Below are positions 21,069 to 31,589 of a stretch of DNA of 64,000 nt, one piece after another. The stretch is from assembly GCA_027493445.1 (NCBI GenBank), contig JAOSKU010000001.1, positions 1,878,822 to 1,942,821 of the forward strand, given 5' to 3'. Source of the DNA: Thermoleophilia bacterium. Its GTDB lineage: Bacteria; Actinomycetota; Thermoleophilia; RBG-16-64-13. Made by a program: the position numbers and the translations under genes. Below the pieces are notes generated by a model. It saw only the letters and a list, made by a program, of their open reading frames with translations. It did not search any database and had not been told where the DNA came from. Each line of letters starts with the position of its first letter. Positions within the stretch are counted from its first letter, which is position 1.

Positions 21069-22527
21069 GTGCGCCACGAGGCGCTGTTTCACCGGGGGAG
21101 GTGAAAGACCTCCCTGGCTGGCCGTCGCAGCGGCCGGTTGGAAGCTGACGGCAGCCCGAGCTTGGGAGTGCAAGCATCGGGTGGGAGCAGCCGTGACGAC
21201 GTAGCGGAGGCGTGGTACTGCCAGACACGCCGGCCGCGCTAGCAAGATGGGAAGGGATAGCGATCGCGAACGAGTGCCTGACGCCCCTTGATTCGAAAAC
21301 GACCCAGAACCTGGTGGATGCGGGTCGGGGGCAGCGCTGCGGCGGCCGTAGTTTGTGGCCGCTGCTCTTGGGTGCCGCTTACTAGGTGCGGCGCGCGAGA
21401 CCGTGGGGAAGGGCTGCGGCGTACCCACGGTGAGGCTGCAGGGGTAAAGCTCGGTCCCGCCCCCGTCAACCGGTGGGCAGTGAACGTGGGAACCCTCCCG
21501 GTATCGCCCTCCCCGAAGGCCAGACAGGTCGTCGGCGGGCAGGCGCACTGTCAGCTGATGGTGCCGGGAGGGGGCAGAGCCCTCGTAGTAGTCGGAGCCC
21601 GGGAGAGCCGGGCACAGGGCGAAGGAGGGCAGCAGACTTGGCACGCGGTCCGGTCGCAAGGAGGTCGGCGGTGAATACCGTCGCGCCGTGGCCGTCGGTC
21701 TTGGAGGCCGAAGCCCGGGTACTTCATGTCCAGACCAAGTTCCACAAGTGGGCAGCAACCGATCAGACTCAGCAGTTCCACGATCTGTTCAACCTCGTTG
21801 GTGACCGGGCGACCCTGGTGGTGGCCTGGCAGCGGATACGGACGAATCGTGGCTCCCGCACGGCTGGAGTGGATGGAATCACCCGCCGCGACGTCGAGCA
21901 ACGCGTCGGCGTTGAGCGGTTTTTGGATGGCATCCGCTTGTCCTTGAAAGACGGGTCGTATCGGCCCCAACCGGTCCGTGAGCGCATGATCCCCAAGGCT
22001 GGCGGCAAGCTACGTCGGCTGGGGATCGCCACGCTGCGCGACCGGGTCGTGCAGATGGCGCTGAAGCTCGTGCTGGAACCGATCTTCGAGCCAGACCAGT
22101 ACCGGTCGAGCTACGCCTACCGGCCGGGACGCCGCGCTCAGGACGCCGTCGCCGAGATTGTTCACTTGGTGAACAACGGCTATGAGTGGGTGGTCGAGGG
22201 TGATGTGGAGGCCTGCTTCGATTCCATCGAGCATCGCTTGGTGGTGAAGCAGTTGCGTACTCGCCTCACCGACCATCGAGTCCTGGGGCTGTGCAAGGCG
22301 TTCCTGAAGGCCGGGGTGCTCACTGAACTGGGGCGGCTCCAACGAACGGTCACCGGCACGCCGCAGGGGGCATTATCTGCCCACTGTTTGCTAACCTGGC
22401 GCTGCACGCCGCTCTCGACGAGCACTTTGCCTCGGTGTGGGCGGCGCAGTCGAGGTATCGCAACCAGCGCACCTACCTGCGCTCCAAGGGGCAGGCCACC
22501 TATCGACTCATCCGCTATGCGGACTTA
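21069..22527 (+). mobile_element. group II intron copy 2, 5' part. It starts GTGCGCC inside the RT gene of copy 1. Its own RT (CDS 21671-22527, RT0-RT5) has a frame slip at the G run 22366-22370 and is broken in the YADD motif by an IS
   Basis: The RT shows GVDG, RLGIATLRDRVVQ, SYAYRPGRRAQDAV, ACFDSIEH and GTPQG, and after a one-base frame correction GIICPLFANLALH...RYAD, before the sequence is replaced. SD AAGGAGG precedes GTG 21671. Confidence 0.7.
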
Positions 22528-23940
22528 TGTTGAGCTCAACATAAGTCCGTGGGGGTATCCATTTAACCGGAGTAATCGAGATCGGCAGTTCTCCACGGGC
22601 GGTTCGCTGGAGGGCGCTCCAAGCTCGGGGGATGCCCGCGCGCCCGGGGTGGCGCAGGCGGTACTGCCCGGGGCCGCGGGCTGGCGATGAGGTCCTGGTA
22701 GCGCACCGGGTCGTGGCCGACGGCGAGATCGAGCAGCCGGTAGAACAGCATCCCGCTTGAGATTCACGGCGGCCAGTTCCTCGTCGGGCACCTTGATGCC
22801 CTTCTCGTAGGTGTTTTGGTCGAGTTCACAGCGCACCCGCAGTCCGGAGCGGGTCACGGTGGCCGCGATCAGGTTGACGATGACTTCGTGACTGATCAGA
22901 GGTTTGCCCCGCCAGTTCTGGGTGATGAACGAAAACAGGCGGTGCTCGATCCGGTTCCACTTGCTGGTGCCCGGGGAAGGTGAGAGACCCCGATCGTGAG
23001 CCCCGTCTCGTTGGCCAACTTCTGCAGTTCGACCTTCCACAGCCGGAGACGGTAGCCGTTGCTTCCCCCGCAGTCGGCGGTGATGAGGAGTCGGTGGGCG
23101 TCGGGGTACCTCTCTTTACCCATCGAGTGCCACCAGCGGAGAATGCTCTGCACGGCGAAAGCCGCGGTATCGTGGTCGGTGCCCACGCTGACCCAGCCCA
23201 GGTTGCCCGCCAGATCGTAGATCCCATAGGGGTTCGCCTTTCCCAACTCGGGGACCATGAAATCATGCACGCGCACCGCTTCTGGATCCCCCTTCGGACG
23301 CAGTTCTCGGCCCCCGTTCTTGAAGTCGCCCACCAGCTCCTTCTTCTTGGTGTCCACGGAGATGACCGGGTCGTTGCGGGCTTGGTACTCCTTGACCTTC
23401 TCGTTTAGGTGTCGAAACTGAGCGTCTCGATCGGGATGGGACGAGCCTTCCCGGGTCTTGCGGTTCCCCTGGAGGCTATAGCCCATGTCGTGCAGCAGTT
23501 CGGCGACCATGCGATGGCTCGTCTGGTGCCCCATCCGCGTGAGCTCATCGGCCAGGCGGCGAACGCTCTTTAAGGTCCAGCGCAAGGGCGACTCCGGATC
23601 GCCTCGGGTCTCCGGTTCCACCAGGCGCTCCAGGTCGTCGCGAAGGGTCGGATCCGTGTCCACGGTGCGCTTGCGTCCGCCGCCCTCTCGCCGGATGCGC
23701 CCGCGCGGCGCGAGGTCCGGATGGGCAAGCTCCCGAGATCCCGCCGTGATCGCCCGCCGCGAAACCCCCGTCACCCGGGCCACGAGCGTGTTCCCGCCCC
23801 GGCCGGCGGCCAACGCTTCCGCCGCGGCCACCAGGCGTCGGCTACGCTCATCTAGGAAGGGGGCCAAAAGCTCGAATCGTTCTTTGATGCCGGCCTCTCC
23901 ACCCATGCGGTGAAGCGTAGCACGGTCGGGCCGGTTTCGC
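22522..23940 (-). mobile_element. ISAzo13-family insertion sequence, truncated at the transposase C-terminal end. The transposase CDS is 22525-23906 with a frame slip at 22973-22976
   Basis: N-terminal HTH region, then VSHLPPGTSKWNRIEHRLFSFITQNWRGKPL, which is the ISAzo13 hallmark (YPPGTSKWNKIEHRLF). The expected distal FHGEWNY motif is absent. Confidence 0.65.
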
Positions 23941-24080
23941 TACTGTTATTTTGTGACAGGCCCTTAGAGGCGCCTAGCCTCTCGCTCTAGAAGCGTTCTC
24001 AAGGCTACAAACCGCGATCGGGCCCGAGCGAGCAGGGCTCCGTGCCCCCTCGTTATGCAGGTACGGTCTCCACTAATTGA

Positions 24081-25030
<950 letters not shown>

Positions 25031-25085
25031 CCGGTCTGGGGTCGTGGGCACGGCCTGTCCCCTTGCTTCCACCCACCCTAAGGGC

Positions 25086-25500
25086 CTAGCCCGATAGGGC
25101 CTCAGCCAGCCTGGCCGCCCGGGCCTTCTTGAAGGCGATGAGCCCGCAGGCCAGCATGAGCAGGGCCAGGTGGATCTCCTCCTTCTTGGACCAGCGGATG
25201 AGCAACGCCCGGTTACGATTGAGCCAGGAGTGACAGGCCTCCACCACGAGAGCGGCGGGCCCGCCAGCCGGGGGTCTTCGCCTTCTCTTGGATCTCCTCC
25301 CCCCGGCTACGGATGTGGGGGTGAGTTTGCAGTCGGGCAGGAGGGCCCGCACCTCGGCGCAGTCGTATCCCCGGTCCAGGCAGAGACCTTGAGGTGCTTC
25401 TTGCGTGGGCTCGGGCCGGGGGCGATGGGGATGGAATCAAGCGTGGCCTTCAGGAGCAGGTGGTCGTTGCGGTTGGCCCCGATATCTTATGGCCCTGGGC
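25086..25500 (-). pseudogene. IS5-family transposase C-terminal fragment (frameshifted and truncated)
   Basis: LDRGYDCAEVRALL... and ...VEACHSWLNRNRALLIRWSKK...LACGLIAFKKA are IS5-family C-terminal motifs, split over two frames. Confidence 0.5.
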
Positions 25501-25519
25501 CCGTAGTTCTTCGGCGAGG

Positions 25520-25888
25520 TTACTCAGACTCTTGGCCTTCGGAGCGCAGGGGCTGCTCGGGGTCGCCGCGGCTGTCCGTGTCTACCTGGCGCTCCAGATC
25601 GCCAAGCAGGCTGGGGTCCTTCTCCACCAGGGGCTTGCGGCCCGCACCCGGGCGACGAACCCGGCCGGGCTCAAACCTCTCCCCGCGCTTAAGCTCACCG
25701 CGGCCGCGCCGGATGGTGGAGCGCGCCATTCCAGTCGCTCGCGCAACCGCCGCCGTCCCGCCCCGCCCCTGGGCGTTGGCCTCCGCCGCCGCCCACAGCC
25801 GCATCCCGCGCTCGTCGAGCCGGACGGCAAGCATCTGGAATAGGCGATGGTAGCTCATTCCAACGACTTCCCCGATCAGAGGGAACAA
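25520..25888 (-). pseudogene. second ISAzo13-family transposase copy, N-terminal 120-aa fragment
   Basis: LAVRLDERGMRLWAAAEANAQGRGGTAAVARATGMARSTIRRGRGEL is collinear with the N-terminus of the 22525-23906 transposase (LAPFLDERSRRLVAAAEALAAGRGGNTLVARVTGVSRRAITAGSREL). Confidence 0.55.
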
Positions 25889-26098
25889 GCCACGCCCACC
25901 GTACGTATAGAAAGGCCTCGTCCCGCCTCTTGAATGGGCACAAAGCCATCTAGCAGGCCGCTGAAATACCCCGGTTGGAGCCCCTCCGATGTGCTCCGTT
26001 GCTCGGCTGCTTGACCCACGAACGGTCGGTTCTCGGATTGCCCGGGCGAAGACCGGGATTATGCCCCCTGGAGAGGCCGATTCCCCGCCCCTTTTTCC

Positions 26099-27268
26099 CT
26101 ATCTGGCGATGCACTCCGGAAGCAGCGATCTCATTCTCACCAGGTTGTAGGCGGCGGCCGTGAACTGGAAGATCCATCGGGCCTTGGCCCGCCCGCGGTG
26201 CCGGAGCTTGTGAAGCAGTCCGACTGTCTTCATCCAGCCGAAGGCCTCCTCCACCAGCTTGCGCTTCTTCTGGCTGAGGGCGTATCCCTCCCACCGTGTC
26301 GTGCGGCCATCGATGGCCGAGTACTTCTCTTTGCGAGCCACATGCGGGGTAACAACGTTAGTCCGTAGTTCGCCCACGAAGTCCTTGGTGTCGTAGTTCT
26401 TGTCGGCTGCGACAGTGAACCGGCCCTTGGTCTTTTTGCGCTCCTCCTTCACCAGCTCAAGACCCATCTCCCGCTCGGCGGTACCGGTGGCCCGGGAGAG
26501 ATCGGCCTGGACGATGAGACCGTGGCGGTTCTCGGTGAGGAGATGGCCGGCATAAGCGAGCCGGGCCGCTTCTCCGGGAGAGTGTTTGGCAAGAAGAGCT
26601 TCCGGATCGGTGGTGGAAGCGTGGGTGTCATTCCGGCGCCGCTCGCCGTGGAAATCCACACTCGGGTTGCGGTCGCGGCCTGCGCTTTCCGAGACTGGCT
26701 CGGCGGGGCTCGGGTCCTCCCCTGCACCCGGGTCATCTTTGCCTGGCCCCCGGCCGCCCTCCTGGCCCTCGGCCAATTCCTGTTTGGGCCGGAAGCTCTT
26801 GAGGGAGGCCGCCGCTTCCACCAAGGTGCCGTCCAGGCTGAAGTGCTCCCGGGAAAGGAGTTTCCCCGCCTGGGCCTGCTTCCTCACCTCCAGGAAGAAG
26901 GCCTCGGCCACCTCGCCCTCAAGCAGGCGCTCCCGGTTTTGGGTGAAGGTGGTGGGATGCCAGACGGGCTCGTTTAGATCGAGGCCCACAAACCAGCGAA
27001 AGAGCAGGTGATACTCGAGGTGTTCGCAGAGCTTGCGCTCCGAAGGGATGGCGTAGAGCACCTGAATAAGCAGGGCTCGCAGAAGGTACTCGGGCGGGAT
27101 GGAGGGGCGGCCGGCTTCACAGTAGATCTTGTCAAAGAGGGGGGAGAGACCGCAAAGCGCCTTATCGGTCATCTTGCGGATGGCCCGCAAGGGGTGATCT
27201 TTGGGGATGCGCTCCTCCAAGGGACCCAAGAATACAAACGACGGCTGCCTTGCCTCTTCTCCCCGCAT
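26099..27268 (-). CDS. IS5-family DDE transposase (DUF772 N-terminal region plus DDE_Tnp_1), apparently intact
   Basis: 389 aa. LRALLIQVLYAIPSERKLCEHLEYHLLFRWFVGLDL (DUF772) and C-terminal ...DKNYDTKDFV..., ...GWMKTVGLLHKLRHRG... Confidence 0.7.
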   Translation of the reverse strand: MRGEEARQPSFVFLGPLEERIPKDHPLRAIRKMTDKALCGLSPLFDKIYCEAGRPSIPPEYLLRALLIQVLYAIPSERKLCEHLEYHLLFRWFVGLDLNEPVWHPTTFTQNRERLLEGEVAEAFFLEVRKQAQAGKLLSREHFSLDGTLVEAAASLKSFRPKQELAEGQEGGRGPGKDDPGAGEDPSPAEPVSESAGRDRNPSVDFHGERRRNDTHASTTDPEALLAKHSPGEAARLAYAGHLLTENRHGLIVQADLSRATGTAEREMGLELVKEERKKTKGRFTVAADKNYDTKDFVGELRTNVVTPHVARKEKYSAIDGRTTRWEGYALSQKKRKLVEEAFGWMKTVGLLHKLRHRGRAKARWIFQFTAAAYNLVRMRSLLPECIAR

Positions 27269-27383
27269 CCCAACCCCCTCGCTTTATGCCAGTTTGCAGG
27301 GTAAACACTACCAAAAAGGGGCGCAAAAAGATAGGAAGTTGAGGCAATCGGAGGGCTAGGCGGGGGACTTTTTCAGCAGCCTG

Positions 27384-27557
27384 TTAGGCAGTCTTCCTCC
27401 CCCGAGCGGGCTTGGGAGGGAAGGAGACAAGGCGCTCAGGGTGCTGCTGCTCATGTTTCCGCAGATCGGCTGCCATGGCACGCAGATCGTAGCCAAACTG
27501 CTTGGCGTATTCCTGGCGAAGACGTCGCGTTTCTTCAACGATTGGATCGGCCTGCAT
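27384..27557 (-). CDS. small (57 aa) conserved-looking protein immediately downstream of the PIN gene, a candidate antitoxin/partner
   Basis: MQADPIVEETRRLRQEYAKQFGYDLRAMAADLRKHEQQ.... The start codon abuts the stop of the PIN gene. Family not recognised with certainty. Confidence 0.4.
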   Translation of the reverse strand: MQADPIVEETRRLRQEYAKQFGYDLRAMAADLRKHEQQHPERLVSFPPKPARGRKTA

Positions 27558-27559
27558 GG

Positions 27560-28045
27560 TTAGCCCTCCATGAGTTCCTCGGGTGTGCAGATCACAGGGC
27601 AGGCATAGCCTTCCTCTTCCACCAGCGTTTCGATCCGATGGCGGAGCAAGGCGTTCGCAAGATGCTTGTGGTTCCACGTCAGAAGATAGTCGATGCCGTT
27701 GACGGCGGCTACGGCGATGTGAAGGGCATCGGCCCCGGACTCTCGCGGGATCAACCCACTTGACACGAGGTATTCAGCGAGGGAAACGGCGGGATCGCTG
27801 ACCGCCAGGATGCCCATTCCCTGAACCACCGCGAGGCGCCCACGAGAGGCGTCCGAGTCACCTCGGCCCGCCTCTTGCTCCACGAGCTCAGAGACAACCA
27901 ATTCAAAGCGACAGGATCGCTCATCCCACCATTGACGGGTCAGCTCCTGATGGGCAGCTACGACCACGTCACGACTGGGGCGACTCGTCAGGTAGCTGAT
28001 AACACTGGTCTCGATGTACACCCGCTGCTTCATCGCCAAGAGCAT
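27560..28045 (-). CDS. PIN-domain nuclease (VapC-like toxin family)
   Basis: RVYIETSVISYL N-terminus (first acidic residue), GADALHIAVAAVNGIDYLLTWNHKHLAN C-terminal PIN motifs. Confidence 0.6.
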   Translation of the reverse strand: MLLAMKQRVYIETSVISYLTSRPSRDVVVAAHQELTRQWWDERSCRFELVVSELVEQEAGRGDSDASRGRLAVVQGMGILAVSDPAVSLAEYLVSSGLIPRESGADALHIAVAAVNGIDYLLTWNHKHLANALLRHRIETLVEEEGYACPVICTPEELMEG

Positions 28046-28793
28046 ATCAGATGCCGATTCGTGCTCAGTTTCGGCCGGTCCGGTGACAGGCTCAGCCGGC
28101 CGAAGTCGTTCGAACGATCTCCCGTTCGTGGGCCAGGCTATGCGCGCGTCGGCAACGCGGGCATCTCAGGCTTCTGAGTCCTTCCCCTTGCGCTTGATCA
28201 GGCCGGAAATGTCGAGTTAAGAGCGGCGACCACCCGCTCGGATACAATCCACATCTCTTCTTGGTCCAGGCGAACGGCCCGCCGGAGGAGGCTTCCTTGC
28301 GCACCGGGGCGACGCTCTCCCCGCAGGAGCCGGCCATACCAGCCAGGGCGCGCTCGATGGGTGTCGGCAACGGAATTGATGGGCGCCACGGTTCAAGTTG
28401 GACGAGAATATGGCCGCACGTGCGGCAGCGGGTGTCGCCGACCTACGATCGTCCTCTCCCCCAACTCCGCAGGCACCACATGACCGCGCGAGCGATGCAC
28501 CTACGGGCGTGCCGCCCGTTCGAGCATGTTCCGAGGCAAGATACGGCTTTGGTTGCATGGCGCCCAGGGAACCGGCCATGCGATCTTGACATCGCGGGAA
28601 TACGCGGTGCTTACAGGAAGACCGCAGCCATGTGGAAGGCCACCACTGGAGGAAGGTCGTTCGCCGGCGGATGTCGCAGCATGCCCGAGACGAACTCCGG
28701 CGGCGCCGAATTCCAGTACACCTTCTGGGAGAAGCGGTCGCAAGCCCGCAACAAATCGTTGCGGTACATTGGCATCTATGTCATATTACTGCT

Positions 28794-29435
28794 ATGAAGT
28801 ACGACGAGCTTCTTGAGATCCTCGGTGATGCACCCGTCTTTGATTCGTCTCTGTTGCGCGCGGGCGACGTCGACCCCGCCGGCGTGGCGAGCCAGCTCTC
28901 GCGCTGGGTCTCAACCGGAAGGCTGCTGCAGCTGCGCCGGCGCGTCTACGCCGTGCCGGCGGCCCGTCGTCGCCGGGCGCCTTATGCGTTCGAGACGGCG
29001 AACCTGCTCGTGCGCCCGTCCTACGTGAGTCTGGAGGCCGCCCTCAGCTTCCACGGGATGATCCCTGAGGCCGTGTTCACCACGACCAGCATCACAAGCG
29101 CACGGCCGGCACTCTATCGCACCCCCCTCGGCGATTTCGACTACCGCCACGTCTCGGAGGCTCTCTTCTGGGGCTACCAGAACACCGAGGTCGCCCCCGG
29201 GGTGAGCGCGCTGGTGGCCCGTCCCGAAAAAGCGCTGCTCGATCTGGTGTACCTGCGACCTCGCGGTGACGACCCCGCGTTCCTGCACGAACTGCGCCTC
29301 GAACGGCTGGAGCGACTGGACACGGCCGCTCTCGAAGGCATGGCGCAGCGTACCGGAAGACCCAAGCTGGCGCGGGCTGCGTGCCGGATCGCCGGGATCG
29401 CCGCCCGATACGCTGAAGAATACGAGACGCTGTGA
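28794..29435 (+). CDS. abiEi: AbiEi-family antitoxin/transcriptional regulator (type IV TA)
   Basis: MKYDELLEILGDAPVFDSSLLRAGDVDPAGVASQLSRWVSTGRLLQLRRRVYAV is the AbiEi_4 N-terminal domain. Confidence 0.75.
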   Translation: MKYDELLEILGDAPVFDSSLLRAGDVDPAGVASQLSRWVSTGRLLQLRRRVYAVPAARRRRAPYAFETANLLVRPSYVSLEAALSFHGMIPEAVFTTTSITSARPALYRTPLGDFDYRHVSEALFWGYQNTEVAPGVSALVARPEKALLDLVYLRPRGDDPAFLHELRLERLERLDTAALEGMAQRTGRPKLARAACRIAGIAARYAEEYETL

Positions 29436-30241
29436 AGGAACATGCCATCGGCATCGTCAGACGAACGGATATGGCCGGCGGCCTCAACCTCCTGCGCGAG
29501 TACGTGCAGTCCCGCATACTGGGCGTGATGCAGGAGGCCGGGGCGATGATACCTCTCGCCTTCATGGGAGGCACGGCCCTGAGGTTCATCTACCGGATTC
29601 CCCGTTACTCCGAGGACCTGGATTTCACAGTGGAGCACGCCACCGAGGGATACAGGCTGCGAACCCTGGCTTCGCGCATCGAACGCCGCCTACAGCGCGA
29701 GGGCTACACGGTACGCGTGCGAATCAGCGACTCCCGCGCGGTTGCCATGGCGATGGTGGGGTTCGTGGGGTTGCCTGCCGAAGCAGGTCTGTCCCCTCAC
29801 GCCAATCAGGTCCTGTGGGTCAAAATCGAAGTGGACACCACCCCGCCGGCGGGTGCCGGCCTGGCCGTGAGCGTGGTCGACCGATTCGGGCTGCTGCGGC
29901 TCCAACATCATGACCTGCCCTCGCTGTTCGCAGGCAAGGTGGCCGCCGTCCTGGCGAGGAGCTACACGAAAGGGCGGGACCTCTACGATCTGATGTGGTA
30001 TCTCACGCGTGGGGAGGGAGTCGAGCCCAACTTCGTGCTGCTCGCCAATGCGTTGCGGCAGACCGCTCCGGGCATGGTCAAGGCGGTCGAGGCAGATTGG
30101 CGAGGTGCCGTCCGAAGGAGGCTCGAGCATGTGGATTGGCAGGACGCGAGACGTGATGTCGCGCCCTTCCTCGAGCAGGGACGAGACGTGGAGCTCATCT
30201 CGGCTGAGACGTTCGCGGCCCTGTTGAGAGGCGCCGAGTAA
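29432..30241 (+). CDS. abiEii: AbiEii/AbiGii-family nucleotidyltransferase toxin (DUF1814)
   Basis: LAFMGGTALRFIYRIPRYSEDLDFTVE nucleotidyltransferase motif. 4-bp overlap with abiEi. Confidence 0.75.
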   Translation: MKEHAIGIVRRTDMAGGLNLLREYVQSRILGVMQEAGAMIPLAFMGGTALRFIYRIPRYSEDLDFTVEHATEGYRLRTLASRIERRLQREGYTVRVRISDSRAVAMAMVGFVGLPAEAGLSPHANQVLWVKIEVDTTPPAGAGLAVSVVDRFGLLRLQHHDLPSLFAGKVAAVLARSYTKGRDLYDLMWYLTRGEGVEPNFVLLANALRQTAPGMVKAVEADWRGAVRRRLEHVDWQDARRDVAPFLEQGRDVELISAETFAALLRGAE

Positions 30242-30467
30242 TCGGCGGCCCGGTCGCTCCGGGCGCCCCTTGCCACCTTCGGCTCCTGCATGCGGCGCCC
30301 GATGTCGCGCGAGACAGCGTGCACAGCGGCGGCCCTGGTCTTGAATGATGTGTTTGACAGCGGATTATGCATGGCTGTATCGTGAATTATGCAGGGTCGC
30401 TTCCGTGGCACGATCGCATTCCGGAGCTGCCCCCGCCACTGAATGTCAGAGAAGGGCTGCGATTTCC

Positions 30468-31589
30468 ATGGTCGCGCGGTTCACTGCGGTGCCCAAGGTG
30501 GATGAGGTAATCCTGCATCCGTTGGAGATACCGCTCGCGCATCCCTTTTCCACCTCCCAAGCGACCCAGCAGACCGGCCGCTTCATCCTGGTGGAAGTCC
30601 GGGCGGAGGGGCTGGTTGGTTTCGGGGAGGCTGACCCGCGCCCCCACATTACCGGGGAGACGGTCGCAAGCGCAATGGCCGTACTGGAACGCGAATTCAT
30701 CCCCGCCGCTCGTTCGCGCTCGGTTGCCGACCTGGTCGGTCTCCACGCCTCCATGGCGCCGGTCAAGCTGAACTTCTGTGCCAAAGCCGCTCTCGATATC
30801 GCCTTCCACGACCTGCTGGGCCAGGCTCTCGGCCTACCCGTGCGCGATCTCCTGGGAGGGTCGGCGCGGGAGCGGGTGGTGCTGAACGCATGGTCCGGAT
30901 TGTCGCAGGACCCGGAAGCCACCGCCGAGGAGCTTCTCTCCAAGGTAGCCGCGGGGTATGACCGGGCGGTCAAGGTCAAGGTGGGCAACAACCAGACGGC
31001 AGAGACTCAGCTGCTCGAACGGCTCGTTTCCCGGCTGCCGCCGAGTGTCGCCCTGATCGTCGATGCGAATCAAGCCTGGTCATACCCTGAAGCCCGGCAG
31101 CGGCTCTCGCGGCTCGCCGAGCTCGGAGTCACAATCGCCGAGCAACCAGTCGGGTGGCGAGACGTGGCCGGGCTCCGCCGGCTCAACCAGTGTCTGCCTC
31201 TGGCCGTCATGGCCGACGAGAGCGCCTGGACCGCGGCCGATGCGTTTCGCCTCTTGGCCGACGAGGCCGCCGGCATGCTCAACCTGAAACTTCTCAAATG
31301 CGGCGGGCTGCAGCCGGCGCGTGAGTTCCTATCTGTGGCGCAGGCCGCCGGTGCGCCCTGCATGGTCGGGAGCACCGTGCAGACGGCCGTGAGCGCGGCT
31401 GCCCAGGCCCATCTGGCCGCGGCCTCTCCCATTGTGACTCTGGCCGACATCGTTACCCCCAGCGACTTCCTGGTTGAGGACGTGGCAAGCGGCTTCGAAG
31501 TACGCGCCGGGGCGGCCGTGATCGGCGACAAGCCTGGCCTGGGAATCGAGATCGACAGACGGCTCCTTGAAAAGTACCGATTGGAGTAG
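30468..31589 (+). CDS. enolase-superfamily enzyme, mandelate racemase / muconate lactonizing (dipeptide epimerase or N-succinyl-amino-acid racemase-like)
   Basis: KVKVG, IVDANQAW, MADES and LKLLKCGGL metal/acid-base motif positions of the MR/MLE subgroup. The ORF is open from 30345. Confidence 0.7.
   Translation: MVARFTAVPKVDEVILHPLEIPLAHPFSTSQATQQTGRFILVEVRAEGLVGFGEADPRPHITGETVASAMAVLEREFIPAARSRSVADLVGLHASMAPVKLNFCAKAALDIAFHDLLGQALGLPVRDLLGGSARERVVLNAWSGLSQDPEATAEELLSKVAAGYDRAVKVKVGNNQTAETQLLERLVSRLPPSVALIVDANQAWSYPEARQRLSRLAELGVTIAEQPVGWRDVAGLRRLNQCLPLAVMADESAWTAADAFRLLADEAAGMLNLKLLKCGGLQPAREFLSVAQAAGAPCMVGSTVQTAVSAAAQAHLAAASPIVTLADIVTPSDFLVEDVASGFEVRAGAAVIGDKPGLGIEIDRRLLEKYRLE

Noticed and set aside
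22522-22549. The 28-bp palindrome read as a rho-independent terminator
   Set aside because: It has no loop and no downstream U tract. It is reported instead as a junction palindrome.
28261-28797. 178-aa plus ORF between the PIN gene and abiEi
   Set aside because: No motif. It overlaps the DUF5615-like remnant in another frame and is probably non-coding decayed sequence.
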